A DNA stretch of 64,000 bases from Dimorphilus gyrociliatus (Eukaryota; Animalia; Annelida): assembly GCA_904063045.1 (NCBI GenBank), contig CAJFCJ010000113.1, positions 23,126 through 87,125 on the forward strand. The letters are read 5' to 3'. The position numbers and the translations under genes were made by a program. Positions 50,701 through 63,010 of this stretch are shown piece by piece. Under the pieces are notes generated by a model. That model had not been told where the DNA came from. It did no database searches and saw only the letters and a program-made list of their open reading frames with translations. The stretch's first letter is position 1; each line of letters begins with the position of its first letter.

Positions 50701-51792
50701 GTTTTCTCCGACCAGTGGACGTTTTCTCCAATCAGTGGACGTTTTCTCCAGTGGACGTTTTCTCCAGTGGACGTTTTCTCCATAATTCGCAGACATCAAG
50801 TCATCTGGAAGAGCAATTGCTGAAGATCTATTAATTAATTTAAATAAAAGTGAAAATAACCTACCAAAACTGGAAAATCTGAGGAGATTAGCCAATATCA
50901 ATAGGCAAAAATCAAGGCCTAAAGAACCAAACGAAATTGATTTTGAACTTAATACAACATTTATACCAGATGATTTTCTTCAAAGTGATATTGTTGTAAG
51001 AAATCAAAGAGTTTTACTATTTGCTTCTAAGCACCAGCTGTCTTTATTATGTAAAAGTAAAGTATGGTATTTAGATGGCACTTTCAAGGCTGTGAAGGAT
51101 CCATTTGTACAACTTTTTTCTGTTCATTCTTTTATTAAAAATGATGGAGAAGCAAAACAAATTCCATTAGCATTTGCTTTTTTAACATCAAAGAAAAAAA
51201 AGTGTACAAAATGATTCTTAAAGTAAGTATGATTTGGTTGCTTAATTCTGTTTCATTAACTTCATCTTATCAAAAGGAGATTCAAAAATTGACAAATGGT
51301 TTTCAACCTGACAAATTTGTAGTTGATTTTGAATTAGGTATATGGAGTGCTCTTAACTCAGAAGTATCAGAAGAAAAGTGTCATCCAGAAGCAGAAGCAA
51401 GTATTTGCTGTTTGGGATGAATACAAATTGGGAATGATTACATCTGCTGTCCTCTTGCAGAAGATTGCATTAATCTATTCAAAATAATTCTCAGTGTGTT
51501 AACATACTTTATACTTTATTCTAGTAACTTTTAAACTTTGTATAACATTCTTAGCTTTTTTCATTTTTAATACATTTTAATAAACATATATTCATTATTA
51601 ATTATTATATTCTCAGTATATTGCCATTGGTTCCCAAAATAGAGCAATCTTTTTTAAAATTCAAATATCTTTTCCCACTACTTGTTTTTCCCAACCTTGG
51701 GACATTTTTTCCTAACCTTGGGATGTTTTTTCCCACACTGGGACGTTTTTTCCCAGGGACGTTTTTTCCCAAGGACGTTTTTTCCCATACTC
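47755..51792 (+). mobile_element. Outer Mutator-like transposon with PHD finger, FLYWCH-like finger and DDE transposase (disrupted, 3' part missing)
   Basis: Ends have GGGAAAAAACGTCC repeats in inverted orientation. PHD exons 48204-48306 and 48363+; GYAFNIK..*RCSVRNKNIQCP..KHERNH; WYLDGTFK (~51065); VVDFE (~51320). No matching TSD at the ends. Confidence 0.85.
49009..50788 (-). mobile_element. Nested non-autonomous PHD-MULE with 9-bp TSD
   Basis: TSD GCAGACATC at 49000-49008 and 50789-50797. Six GGAGAAAACGTCCACT units at each end in mirror arrangement. PHD exon MAPICYICEERIYGRQNQEKCQLCCH..HKKC (ATG 50267) is joined to VVVDFEKAIW..HWTQAI and RTKNDLEGWHHRLN; the middle of the transposase is deleted. 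Confidence 0.95.
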
Positions 51793-51919
51793 ACTTGGAT
51801 GGATTTATAGTTAGAGGGTTGCAATTTAAGATTAGGCAATATAAATCACACAGATATTACACTTAACTTCAGAAATATTAGGGTATGCTTGAACACTCTG
51901 TGGGTACATTTGCACCCCC

Positions 51920-54193
51920 ACCCTATATGGGTATATATATAGAAACAAAGCAAAGTACATCTACCATCATTATTACTACATTCAATATCAAATGGATGTA
52001 GGATACTTTCATAGAAAATTCTTTTACTGAAAATATTTGAATTATATTTAGTTTCAAATTAATCAATTTTATGAAACCTTGACTCTTGATTATTATTAAT
52101 TGAGATTGTACATTCTGGCAGTTTATATCGATTGTGAACAATTCAAATAAAATATATTTTCACTATTTGTAATAATATCAGCATTTGTTTTTGCATTCTG
52201 AAATGTTCCAGTTGTAAATCCAAAATATTTACAGACAGATAAAATTTCATAAATTTCCATTCCTTTTACTGTAGATAAATACCAAGCACCATGAACATAT
52301 AAAATAAGCTGACCCCTGTAACTGTCTAGACTGTTTCCATTATTACTGCCATTTGACAACAAATAGTTGTGAGCATCATTGAAAAGTATAAAATCTTTAT
52401 CTATTTAATGAGAAAGAAATATACAAATTAGAAAATTTTAGAAATTGTAAAGAAATTCAAGCAAAATCAGAACTTTTTATTTGAGTTTTATCAGTGCAAA
52501 ATACTGCTATTGTATTCATAATGGAAGGATCTCCATTGTGTAGTTGGCACTCATTGTAAAATAAATTTTTGTCATTAAGACATGAAGTAAACATTGGTGG
52601 TGATTCAGTATCTAAATGATAGTTCATTGAAGGACAATTCCTCATCTGCAATATTTAGAAAAAGCTTATTATTTATAAGCTCTTAATTGGTTATTTTAAA
52701 TATCTTGTCTATATGCAGATGTGATTACTAAATTGTATATACTCTAATTAAATAGGGTTTTGGAGAAATTTTTGCAATTCTTTTATATTATCTCTAATTT
52801 TTTAACCCAAAAATTTTTAAAAAGTAAGGAATATATCAATTTTTTTTCATAAGATAAGGATCTTTTACAATAAACAGGGTCAAGGATTATTATATTATGC
52901 AATAATGATGTAAACAACAACATATTTGTGTTCCTAGGCCTTTAACATTAATTCTTACTTCATATTTTTGTAAATAAACATTGTTGCTGTTGTGAACACC
53001 TAGGGTTATCTACTAAATATTGTTCATAAGTGTACAGTGAGGAAATTTTTTTGAATATGGTAAAAACATTTTATAATCCTCGATGACTTTGTTTCAGTTG
53101 AGGGTTAGGCAATATAAGTACATATACAGATAGATGGGTAGATTAATTAGCACCCTTTATCAAATATGAGACAATTTTTCATAGACATTACTGCATTTTA
53201 CATGTTGGGCTATCATTAGTGTTAACACTCAAATTATTCATTTGGGCTAGTTCAGAGTTAGGGTTAAGATTAGAAGCATTAATATTCACAAATATCAAAA
53301 TATGGACAAAATTTCCAAGGATAAGATCTCTTGTAACTGTTTTTTTGTCTTAGATTTTTAGTATTTTATAATGTATACTGGGTGGAGAACTTTTATCACA
53401 GGTCTGGGCGACCTCTGCCACAGTTCTGGGCAACTATTATCACAAGTCTGGGTGACTTCTGTCATTTTCGTGTTTTACAAATAATTTTCCATACAGAAAC
53501 TTGTTATAGCTTTTTTTTTATCATATTCATGGGTTCATTTTTGAATGAATCATCTACTTTTGTTTTAAAATTTTCCTCAACTTCAGAAAAAATTTATTAA
53601 TGAATTTAAATTTATACTATTTGCCCAAAGGGTATTGAAACCAATGGTCAACTTGGGAGATATATTTGTTTATTTAAATGGCAAATAAAAGTAGAAGTTT
53701 TGCCATTTTCCATAACATCGGATACAATTGGAAGATGACCAAATGTTTTGGATTTGGCAACATATGAATGTCTCTCTTTAGAAGTTACACCAAATAAAAA
53801 TTTCTTGTAAAATGCTGTCATTTTATGAATTGAAAAATCTACATAAGGAAATAAGTACAAAAAATTGTATTAAGAGAGTATTAGAAAGAGAGAGAGAAAT
53901 AATTTTTTACCTTCCAATTCCCATTTTGAGCAAAAGACAAATGAAAAATTAGAATTGGTAGTATTTAAAAAAACTTTTAATCCATTTATGTTCATTCTTA
54001 ATTTTCCAACCTTTATTAATTTTGTCTTATTTAAATAGAATTCAGTTTTATTGCATAAATTCAAACTTAGATTTTGATTTTGTTGTTTTATTAATGCATA
54101 TGTTTCTCTTTTATATCTTTTATACAATTGATAATGATTTGTTATAACATTGAAAATTGCAAATAGGTCTGAATGGGAAAATAAATTCATCAA
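51920..54193 (-). pseudogene. Cys-containing ectodomain-like exons, paralogous to 36245-37200
   Basis: Several short minus-strand exon-like ORFs (53870-54193, 53648-53860, 52457-52651, 52123-52362) share the KSKT(F/Y)G motif. Product unassigned. Confidence 0.4.
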
Positions 54194-55399
54194 TTATCAA
54201 CATTCTACCATTCTAATAAAGATAATTATTTTTTTGTCCAGTTCAACTAGGATTTTTCAACAATTCTCTACAAATCTAACCCTTACTTTTTTCAGACAAG
54301 TGATGTAATATTTTTAAAGTCAGTCTTTCTTTGATCAAACTTTAACAAACCTCTCTCTCTCAACCTTTTAATAATGTTAATTTACTATTGATAGTTTCCT
54401 CTTATTCATAAATTTTATTTTTGAATCAATCCAATAAAAGGAAAGTCTTTGTTGTGAGTCATTAAAAACTCATTTTTTATGATTGTTCTTTGGAAAACTA
54501 CTTCCTTTTTTCAATATGTCATCTGCTTGTTTCAGCAGTTGTTGAATAGCAACTTTCTTAAAGATTTCTTTAAACAACACACTCTCTTGCTAACAAACAC
54601 ATTTCTAAATTTAATTTTAAAAACTCAATTCTTGCTTTGTTCAACAAATAAAATAATTCTTGTTTTGCTCAGATCTATTTTAGAATTACAAGCATGTATT
54701 GTATGTTCATTTACGTTTTGTTCTCACAAAGTAAAGATTATAAAGGCTACTTATTATCCTACTAAATATGTCCCTCTTCTTACAAAATCCTCCAATCCCC
54801 ACATTCTTACAATAAGGTAAAGAGCGAGAAAAATTTGTATATATAGTACTTTTTCACCTAAATAATTTTCATAGAAGAGCTGGAAAACATAGACTTTAGT
54901 TTACTGACATGGTGTTGAAGTTTTATAACACTTTAAACAAAAGGATCCCAAATTATGAAAGTTTTTGGTTGATGATATATGTTTTCTATGAAGGAATTTT
55001 TTCAAAAAAAAACATTTTCAATATATCAAAAAAATAAAAAGATTAGTTTGTTCATTATCATTAGTAAGTGGACAACTGCATTAGGATATCAAGTTCCTCT
55101 TAATAGAGTTTTTGTATTATATACATATACATTTTATCAAAATATTTCATTGTTGATGTACACATTTAGGCAGTTTCCATGCACCATACACAAATACTTT
55201 CCAAGGAGTACACACACTTCATAGTGTGCACCCAAAATTGTTACATTCCATTCATCAATGGAAAAGCAGTATTGGAATTGTATTATAAAGTACTCTAAAC
55301 GCCTAACTTGCAACATACACAATTATTTATACTAATTTACAATTAATTTGATTACTAAGCCTAATTAACTTATATGCACACTTGTAGGTTGTAATCGTG

Positions 55400-55925
55400 C
55401 ACTGTACACATATGCTTACCAACGAGTTCTAGTTTATGTTGTACAACTTACGAATATATTTTTATTATGTTTGAAACTATTATAATAGGCCTAATACTTA
55501 TGCCACACCCAAACAACTTAAGAAAAACACATTAACCTTTCAACAAGTTATAATTTAATTAACTTTCATAAAAGACAACAATTATGTTTAGTGGACTTTG
55601 TGACATCCTGTTACTAAAGATAAACATAAACTAGAACATTCTCCAACTGCAAACTGATGATTAGATATCAGTGACAAACCAAAGAATATATAAACTCTCA
55701 TAGTTTTATTTGAAGCAGAGCCTCTCTCTCTCATCTCTATCTCTACATCCCAATTGGAGAAGATAATCTGGAAACAAGCTGAAGTCTGAGACTCCTACTC
55801 TCTTTGGTTGAAAGCTACTGGGTATCTTGGCTGGTGCTACAAACTATCTACCTTGCTATTGAACTTTGATATATCTACTTGCTTAAGTATCGTATTTTGA
55901 ATAAATCATTTAAACTTAAACATTT
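55400..55925 (+). mobile_element. Gypsy family A LTR (3'-truncated; 5' boundary approximate)
   Basis: Collinear similarity to the reverse complement of ~1705-2270, including TGTGACATCCTGTTACTAAAGATAAA, TATATAAA and GAATAAATCATTTAAACTTAAACATT. Confidence 0.8.
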
Positions 55926-57290
55926 TTGTGTAATTATTTTCTAAGCTTCTTATGATAATAATTGCTTCATCTGTTTCACAAAATGATTGTCCAGGTAGAC
56001 AGTCTTCCACATAATCAAGATTGGTGGTAATCATCATATTTGGTGGTTGCAAATATGCTGTCCCCAACTGTATGATTGTGGTGTATTCCAAGACCACTGT
56101 AGTTTTTAGCCATGTGTAGGCTGGATGATAATGATCTTTGTGAACCCATGTATTTCCTTTGATAGTTAAGGGTTTGCTCTGGAAGGATTGTCTGTTTTCA
56201 ACCATATGTTTACACTGTTTAGGGCTTATTTTAACAACAGAATCCTCAATTCTTCTTTTCTTAGCTCCAAAGAAGTAATAGGTATAATAATTTGTTCTTT
56301 GATTTACCTGACATTTGATAGCATCAGTTTCAATTTCCTTCAAATTCAATTCATAAATATCAGCTGTAATAGTCTTTGTTTGCTGAGATTCTATATTGCA
56401 AACAGGTTTATCTGCTAGATCAAAAGCTTGATTAGGCAGTTGATTATTACAAAAATATAGAGGTGGTTTAAATGTTAATGTAATATTTGCACTGGTAACA
56501 TGTGCAGTTTTGTAGGATGATTTTAACATTGCCACTGAATTAGTACAACTCAATGTCATTATTAACAAAAACAATGCAGGGAACAATGAGATTTGTTTAC
56601 TTTTTGGTGTTGTCATACCTGTAATTGATGAAATTTCTGGGGGATTTATGTCTTGTTCCTTTGCCAATTTAAGTCTGCTACCATGAACAAACTTGAATGT
56701 GTCATTATCCATTTCTAGCTCATAAATCCAGTTTTGATGGTTTACCTTAGTTATTCTATAGGGTCCTGTCCATTTTAGAGAAGGTACTTTTGTTATGGCT
56801 ATTCTTGCACCATCATTCCTCAAAAATACTTTATCATCAACATTGAAATATTTTGGAGGAATCAAATTCTTGTTCTTTCTTTCTCTGTATTGTTCTTTTG
56901 CCATAATTGATTTACAAATGCAGTAGCCCTCAATTGTTCTAATTGTTGTTGGTGACTGAATACAAATAGGGCAATGGACTCTGTAGAAGGTATGTTCATA
57001 GTCACATCTATTAATGTTCTTGTTTTGATACCAAAGAGAAGTTCTTGTGGGGGCACATCTGTACTCCCTACTGGTGATTGATTCAAAAAAGCTTGTATCA
57101 ATGGTAGGTTTGCAACCCAATTATCTACATTTTCTTCCAAAACCAATTTGTTGATTTCACTTCTTACCTCTCTGTTTCTTCTTTCTACTAGTTCATTACT
57201 TTGACTTCTATAAGCAGTAGTTTGAATTTTATTAATACATATGAAACTCCAAAATCTGATCATTGAAACAACAATAACAACAACAGACAC
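55926..57290 (-). mobile_element. Gypsy integrase C-terminal half fused in frame to an env-like glycoprotein fragment
   Basis: TTAYRSQSNELVERRNR (integrase core), a 1-nt frameshift at ~56905 and GPY/F module KWTGPYRI..VHGSRLK. With no stop, this is followed by a hydrophobic signal LFPALFLLIMTLSCTNSVA and a Cys-patterned ectodomain cut at ~55925. Confidence 0.85.
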
Positions 57291-57779
57291 ATCTATTGTT
57301 CCATTGTCCAGCGTACTTGGTCAAGTAGACAAATGAAATGTCAGTATTTCAGTACTTTTCCAATAAAATGTATTGAAGAAATATCAGAATACAACTGCCA
57401 GTTCAGCAAAATAATCAATTTGATAGATAAAAGTTAGGACATTTTCAAGTTTCCTTCAATGTATGGACTATTGTCCATAAAATATAAATTATTTATCATA
57501 AGTGTAAGTTTGTCAAAATTCGCCCATCCTAACCCATCGAAAATAGCATTGATTATTGAATGTTCCATTAAAAGATTGCCTAATGAAATTGTATTTGCGT
57601 TAGATTCATTTGAAATTGTAATTGTTTCAATAGGCCTCTTTGAATATTCAAAATATGAGCTGATTAATAGGGGTGGAGAGGCACTTAAGCTTTGGTTGAA
57701 CAAACATGACAACTTGAACAGTGCAACAATTGCAAATTACTTAAATTTGCCTTGTAAACTGATCAATTACCTGACAATT

Positions 57780-58560
57780 TTAGCAAATTTCTTTCAAATG
57801 TTTGACTTGTTCATCGCTTAAATCGCAATTATCCACAAATATTTTAATTAAAGTACTTGACATTGATTTAAGCGATTGGCATACGTCTTTAAACCCATTA
57901 CCCATTTCTTGATTACCCAATAATTCAATGGTAAGCAAATCTTGACAAACTTCAAATGTTTCAGCCAAATATTTGGTTTGAATATCATTTAAATGGTAGT
58001 CCTTTAATCTAATTTCTTTTAAAGTTCTCGACGAAGATTGAAGTCCATTGAAAACTTTTAAAAGTCCATTTCCCATTTCTCTATCTTCGGATAAATCAAT
58101 AAATTCCAATAAAGAACAAATTTCAAGTGTTTTTCCTAAATATAAATGCTTGCTTATCATTCGAATAACACTGCCCAATATTAAGTCGTTTTAGAGAAGG
58201 AGAAGAGAATGTTAACCCTTCGCAAATAGATTGAAATCCATTTTCCATATATAAATTCCCAGATAATTGAATGTCTTCTAAAGAATAGCAAACTTTTAAA
58301 GTCTCTCCTAAAAATTCTACTTCCGTTTTAGATAAATTGCATTCATTTAATGCAATAAGTTTCAAAGTGTTTGAAGATGATTTTAATCCTTTACAAAAAA
58401 TCGTTTGAAATCCATTTCCCATAAATCTATTTCTAGACAAATCAACCTGCTGAATAGATGAACAAAATTCAAATTGTCCAAGATATTTAATATTCCTTGA
58501 AGTTCGTTCACAATTCACAACAAACATTTCTTTTAATGTCTTCTCAACAGCCTCCCGCAA
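57780..58560 (-). pseudogene. RI-type LRR pseudogene (frameshift at ~58150)
   Basis: Two overlapping ORFs with the same consensus (VDLSRNRFMGNGFQTIFCKGLKSSSNTLK; IDLSEDREMGNGLLKVFNGLQSSS). Confidence 0.8.
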
Positions 58561-58689
58561 AGAATTTTTGTCTTTTCAATTTTAATTTATACCTATTGAA
58601 TAAGCTCTAATACAAAATTCTAACTAGATTGCGATGACTATTGTATTCAAAACTACCTAAAGAACGATGGAAAACGAGACTGTTTTATA

Positions 58690-58890
58690 GATATAGATGA
58701 GAGCCTGAAAAGAAATGTATTCTTTCCAAATGAAAGTTCGTGCCATTCTTTAAAAACCATCGTAGGAACATTCAAGAGTGATTCTTGCGTCAGAACTTTC
58801 TGCCCATATGGATAATATCCTTGTCAGAGAGATAGTTATTGTATATCTATAGAACAGGTTTGCGATGGTTCATTTGATTGTTATTTTATA
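58690..58890 (+). pseudogene. Isolated LDLa remnant
   Basis: FCPYG*YPCQRDSYCISIEQVCDGSFDC, similar to the LDLa repeats in the receptor genes. Confidence 0.6.
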
Positions 58891-59409
58891 CTAACATTTG
58901 AATGCGTATTGTTTCCCAAATGTCATATATTTGCACCTGAGGAATGCAACAAAGAGAGCAGAAAATGCGATAATCTTAAATGGATTATTAAATGTTTTAG
59001 AATAATTTGTTATAAGACTAGGCTTCTGTCATTTTGTGATTGATTGCTGAGGAGAGTTGGGGAGGGTTAAGTGGTAAAGGGATTAGGTGGAAATCCTATA
59101 CAACTATTAAAAATGCTGACAACAACCTCCATAATTTCTCTTTGTAGTTTATCGATATTAATGTAAGTTGTATTTTTCCCAACAGCTCGGCTAATTTGAC
59201 AAACAAGTCCAACTGCAAGCTATTTATTCTTGTGGTGGACTTTGGCTTAACTAATAATAACAATAATCAATTCAACTAAACAAGAGTTGATTGTAAATAG
59301 AGTCTGTAGGGTAAGAGGTGCATATAAGATATATTAAAATTGTATTTTGTGAAACTGCCAATCAAAAGACGAAATGTCATAGTTTGTCTTCATAAAAGTA
59401 TTCTATTCA

Positions 59410-62400
59410 TTTTCTTTGTTATTCACACTGTCAATCAGAAGATGTGTACGTATTTTACGAATTGTCGTAGCAAATAATGATTAATTTCAATATAATGATC
59501 AGATTTCGAGCAGAGAAAAAGTTGATATTTCGAATACCAGTACTGATCTTCGATCTCAAAAAATCGACATAAATCTGTTGAATAATTAGCTCCATTGTTG
59601 ATTGTGTAGACAGCAATTGGCTCGTCACTCTTTGTAGTCTCTGCCACAACATGGAAGAAGGAATTTGAGGTACTAGGTAGATCAGAGATTGGATACGTTA
59701 ATTTATGAATATTCTCAGAACAGTCGGATTCAACTGGAGAGGAAGAAACAAGAGAGATTTTAATAAAGACTCAGTTAACAAAATGAAATAAGAGTTGTTC
59801 ATGTTAATTTTCCATACCTTTTTGTGTTAAAGCTGACACTGCAATGAGATCAATTTCGGAAATTGCTTGATTGTCTTGCGGTGTAATTACTATATGATAT
59901 GTTAATAGAAAGTTAAATTTTGCACAAACTGTATGAGACCATAAAAATTCTCCAGATGTTGTCTTAGTCGAAAAATTTTTATGTAAAAAGTTTAAAACTT
60001 TTACCAAAATTCCTTGTTGGGTAGAACTCTGGTGAAAGACTAAAAGCAGGGAAAGTATTAAAGGTTCTACTTTTAAACAAAAACAAGACTCTACTCATTT
60101 TTTGTCTAACCTCTCAAACAAACATGAGTTAGGTGAGTTAGTTTAGTTGCTAACACCAAATCTGTATTTGACTGCACAGCTAATTTTCCATCATTGTCAT
60201 TGATATAATAGACACTATCTTGCATCAAATTCAAATCACTAGTTGATAATGTAGCATCGTTCAAAGTTGCCCTAACCAGCTGTGCTTTAAATGCATTTCC
60301 AAGTTCTTAAAGACAAAGAACCAAAGTTAAGATTTTTGAAATCTCTCTGCAAGATTTAATTTCTTCCTTATTTATCTACAAACCTTGCGGTTGTCTTGTG
60401 TCAATTGGAGAGGCGTACACAAACAATTCCATAAACTCTAATAGCTTTTCTGTATTCCCAGAATCCACTAAACTGGTAACTATATATCTACCAGTAAGAA
60501 TTGGGTCACAGACAACAGGAAAATACTCGAAAGTGAACTGAAAAGTTGCCGATTGACTTTCAATACAAAATTTACTGTTTGGATTAAAAATTGTTTCTGG
60601 AATATGTTTCACAGCAACGTAAACATTTCTAAATCTTCTTAGCTGGCCTAGATTAAAAGAAAGTTCTCTCTCAAGGTCTACACTTTCTTCTCATTATGAC
60701 ACTTACTCTGATTGCCATTATATCTCAAGATAAAAATCATCCTATGAATTTTTTGCGTGCTGATAATGTCAACTAGGAAATATGGGCTTATGAAACCTCC
60801 ACCTTCAGCTGAAGATCTCGAAATGAACATTGTATAATAGACTCTGTCAATTCCATTCTCTTTTGAAAGGGCATTCCTATGCCCTCCAGTCAGCGTTTTT
60901 GTATTTGTCATATCTAACAATTGAAAGGCTTTTGATGGAGAAAAATACATGAGTTTAGTTTGGGGAAAATAACTTTTGATTGAAAAAAACACTTGTAGAA
61001 GCAGGAGAAAATTTTTACGTATACCTACCCCTTTCGCTATCAATCAACCTTCCTTGAACATTCACATCACAGAGTGTTAAGGATGTATCTTTTGTAGTTA
61101 GTTTTATAGTAAGAAAAGAGCCAACGGCTTCCGTATCGCAGGAATAGCAGTCGTATTGGGTATTATCTGTTGAAGATGGTCTCTTCACTGGTCCAACAAC
61201 GTACTTACAAAGGTTCTTGTTATCGTTTGGATAATCTCCAGCAAAAATATTAAACTCTTTCAAATTATCCCCTTTGTTTTTTGGAATATTGTTAATATGG
61301 CGAATTTTTAAATATTTACATTGGATGCAAACAGAAAACATTGACAAAATTGTGGTTTTACCCCAACCCTAACCCTAACCTTAACCCTTAGGTGGGAATT
61401 GTACTATTCTTGCTAACCAGTTTAGATATCTCAGTTTTGGATGTTTTTTGTCAACTCCATTTATGTTACATTCTCACTTACATATATCGTCATTGACATT
61501 TAGTAGACAGACCTTTGATATGCCATAGATTTTCTCAAGGTCAACAGACCACCAAGATTCGGCCAGAGAATGCTTGTGTGTTGTTGAGCAATGTTTGGTC
61601 TGTAAGAAGAGTATACAATATCAAACGTAAACTATGGGGATAGGATTGTCTCAAATTTGCATTTTGTCTATTTAGTCTGAAGCCGACTCGAGTTAATATT
61701 TCACTATGTACACATACATTTGTCAGCTCTATTCTACTATAGATAGGTAGTATTAAACTTGTATTGTAGAGTACTGATAACACTGATAAGATAAGCAATG
61801 CTGTACACATATTTTCGTCAGCTCTATTTCACTATAGATAAGTAGTATTAAACTGGTATTGTAGAGTACTGATAACACTTATAGATAAGCAGGAGTGACC
61901 TAGATTTGCATAGTGTGGTACATACACAAGGTGCTGCATTCGTTCTATTAAAACATATATAAAAATAGTTATTTCCATCATAAACTTGAATATTCACTGA
62001 ATGAATTTATAAATTTATCAACTTTAATTGAAATTAATTTAATTGAATGACAAATATGCTTTTGCCATCAATTTTAGATTTTATTCATAAATTAGTAGTA
62101 TTGTATACACAATCCTACTATACATAACATATATATTCATCAGATATCTTCCCTTCTTATATACTGATGCTAAAATTATTTGAAACCAATTATTACTATT
62201 AGAGTAGTAACTAAAAATGGTCAAATATATAATCCTTGTGTTTTCTTGATTATTGGACTTGTCCTATTAAAATTGTTACATCTTATGCAACTCTTCAACC
62301 TTCGAAATTCAACTATTATTTGGAAGAGGAAAACAATAAGAACATGACCATATTTAGAACTTTTCTTTGTCTTAAAAATGTTACTTTTGTTTTTGTGAAC

Positions 62401-63010
62401 ATTGAAATTGGTGAACTATCAACTCTTAAAAGAGTATATAAACCCTTAGAAATTAACAGTTGATAGTTCAGTTCTCTAACTGATAGCTAGTTGTTTAAAC
62501 TTGCTTATTTAGAACTTGAAACTCGTTTTTACTCAATACATATTCTTTGCACAAAATACTCGTATTTTGTTGATTAATTTCTACCGAAATTACATTTATT
62601 AAACTACTTGTGGACGAACTTGAAAGGTTCTATTTGTTTGAGTACTTTGGTAAATTGGTAAATGATTGGAAAGGACCAAATCAGTGGTGACGAACCAGAA
62701 ATTCCTACAATTACTATACAACAAAGTACACACTATATTATCAAAAGTCCAAAAAGTCCAAAGTAAGACATAAAAATTAAAGTAGAAACTCTTGGAAAGA
62801 ATGTAAGTTTTACTTACATCAGCATATGAAACATCAACATCATCGTCATTGGCGTACATGGGTGATGTGGCGTAAGAATCAGTTCCCATAGTAGAACTTT
62901 GAAAAGAGGTTTTTCCTCTTGCTAATTCAATGCTTGTATTTGATTGATAACTGCAATAACTGTCAATATCAATGGTAGATACTTCATTTTGCAGACAAGC
63001 ATAGCTACTG
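59410..63010 (-). CDS. Multi-exon gene with F-type lectin (FTP/discoidin-like) domains
   Basis: Exon ~62815-63010 ELARGKTSFQSST; exon 61482-61599 CSTTHKHSLAESWWSVDLEKIYGISKV; exon ~61030-61272 NLKEFNIFAG..NLC..SCDTEAVGSFLTIKL..LTLCDVNVQG. A second domain CDPILTGRYIV..LEFMELFVY lies at 60376-60612. Gene ends not resolved. Confidence 0.7.
61707..62730 (+). mobile_element. Family B2 solo LTR with 5-bp TSD, inside a lectin-gene intron
   Basis: TGTACA...AGTACA flanked by CACTA on both sides (61702-61706, 62731-62735). Tandem duplication of the first ~95 bp. Confidence 0.95.

Noticed and set aside
54230-55330. Possible kinase N-lobe or LDLa remnant on the minus strand
   Set aside because: Too many stops and too little motif conservation to call.
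61364-61390. Telomere or chromosome-end signal
   Set aside because: Only 2-4 imperfect units, interstitial, in both orientations and associated with MITEs.
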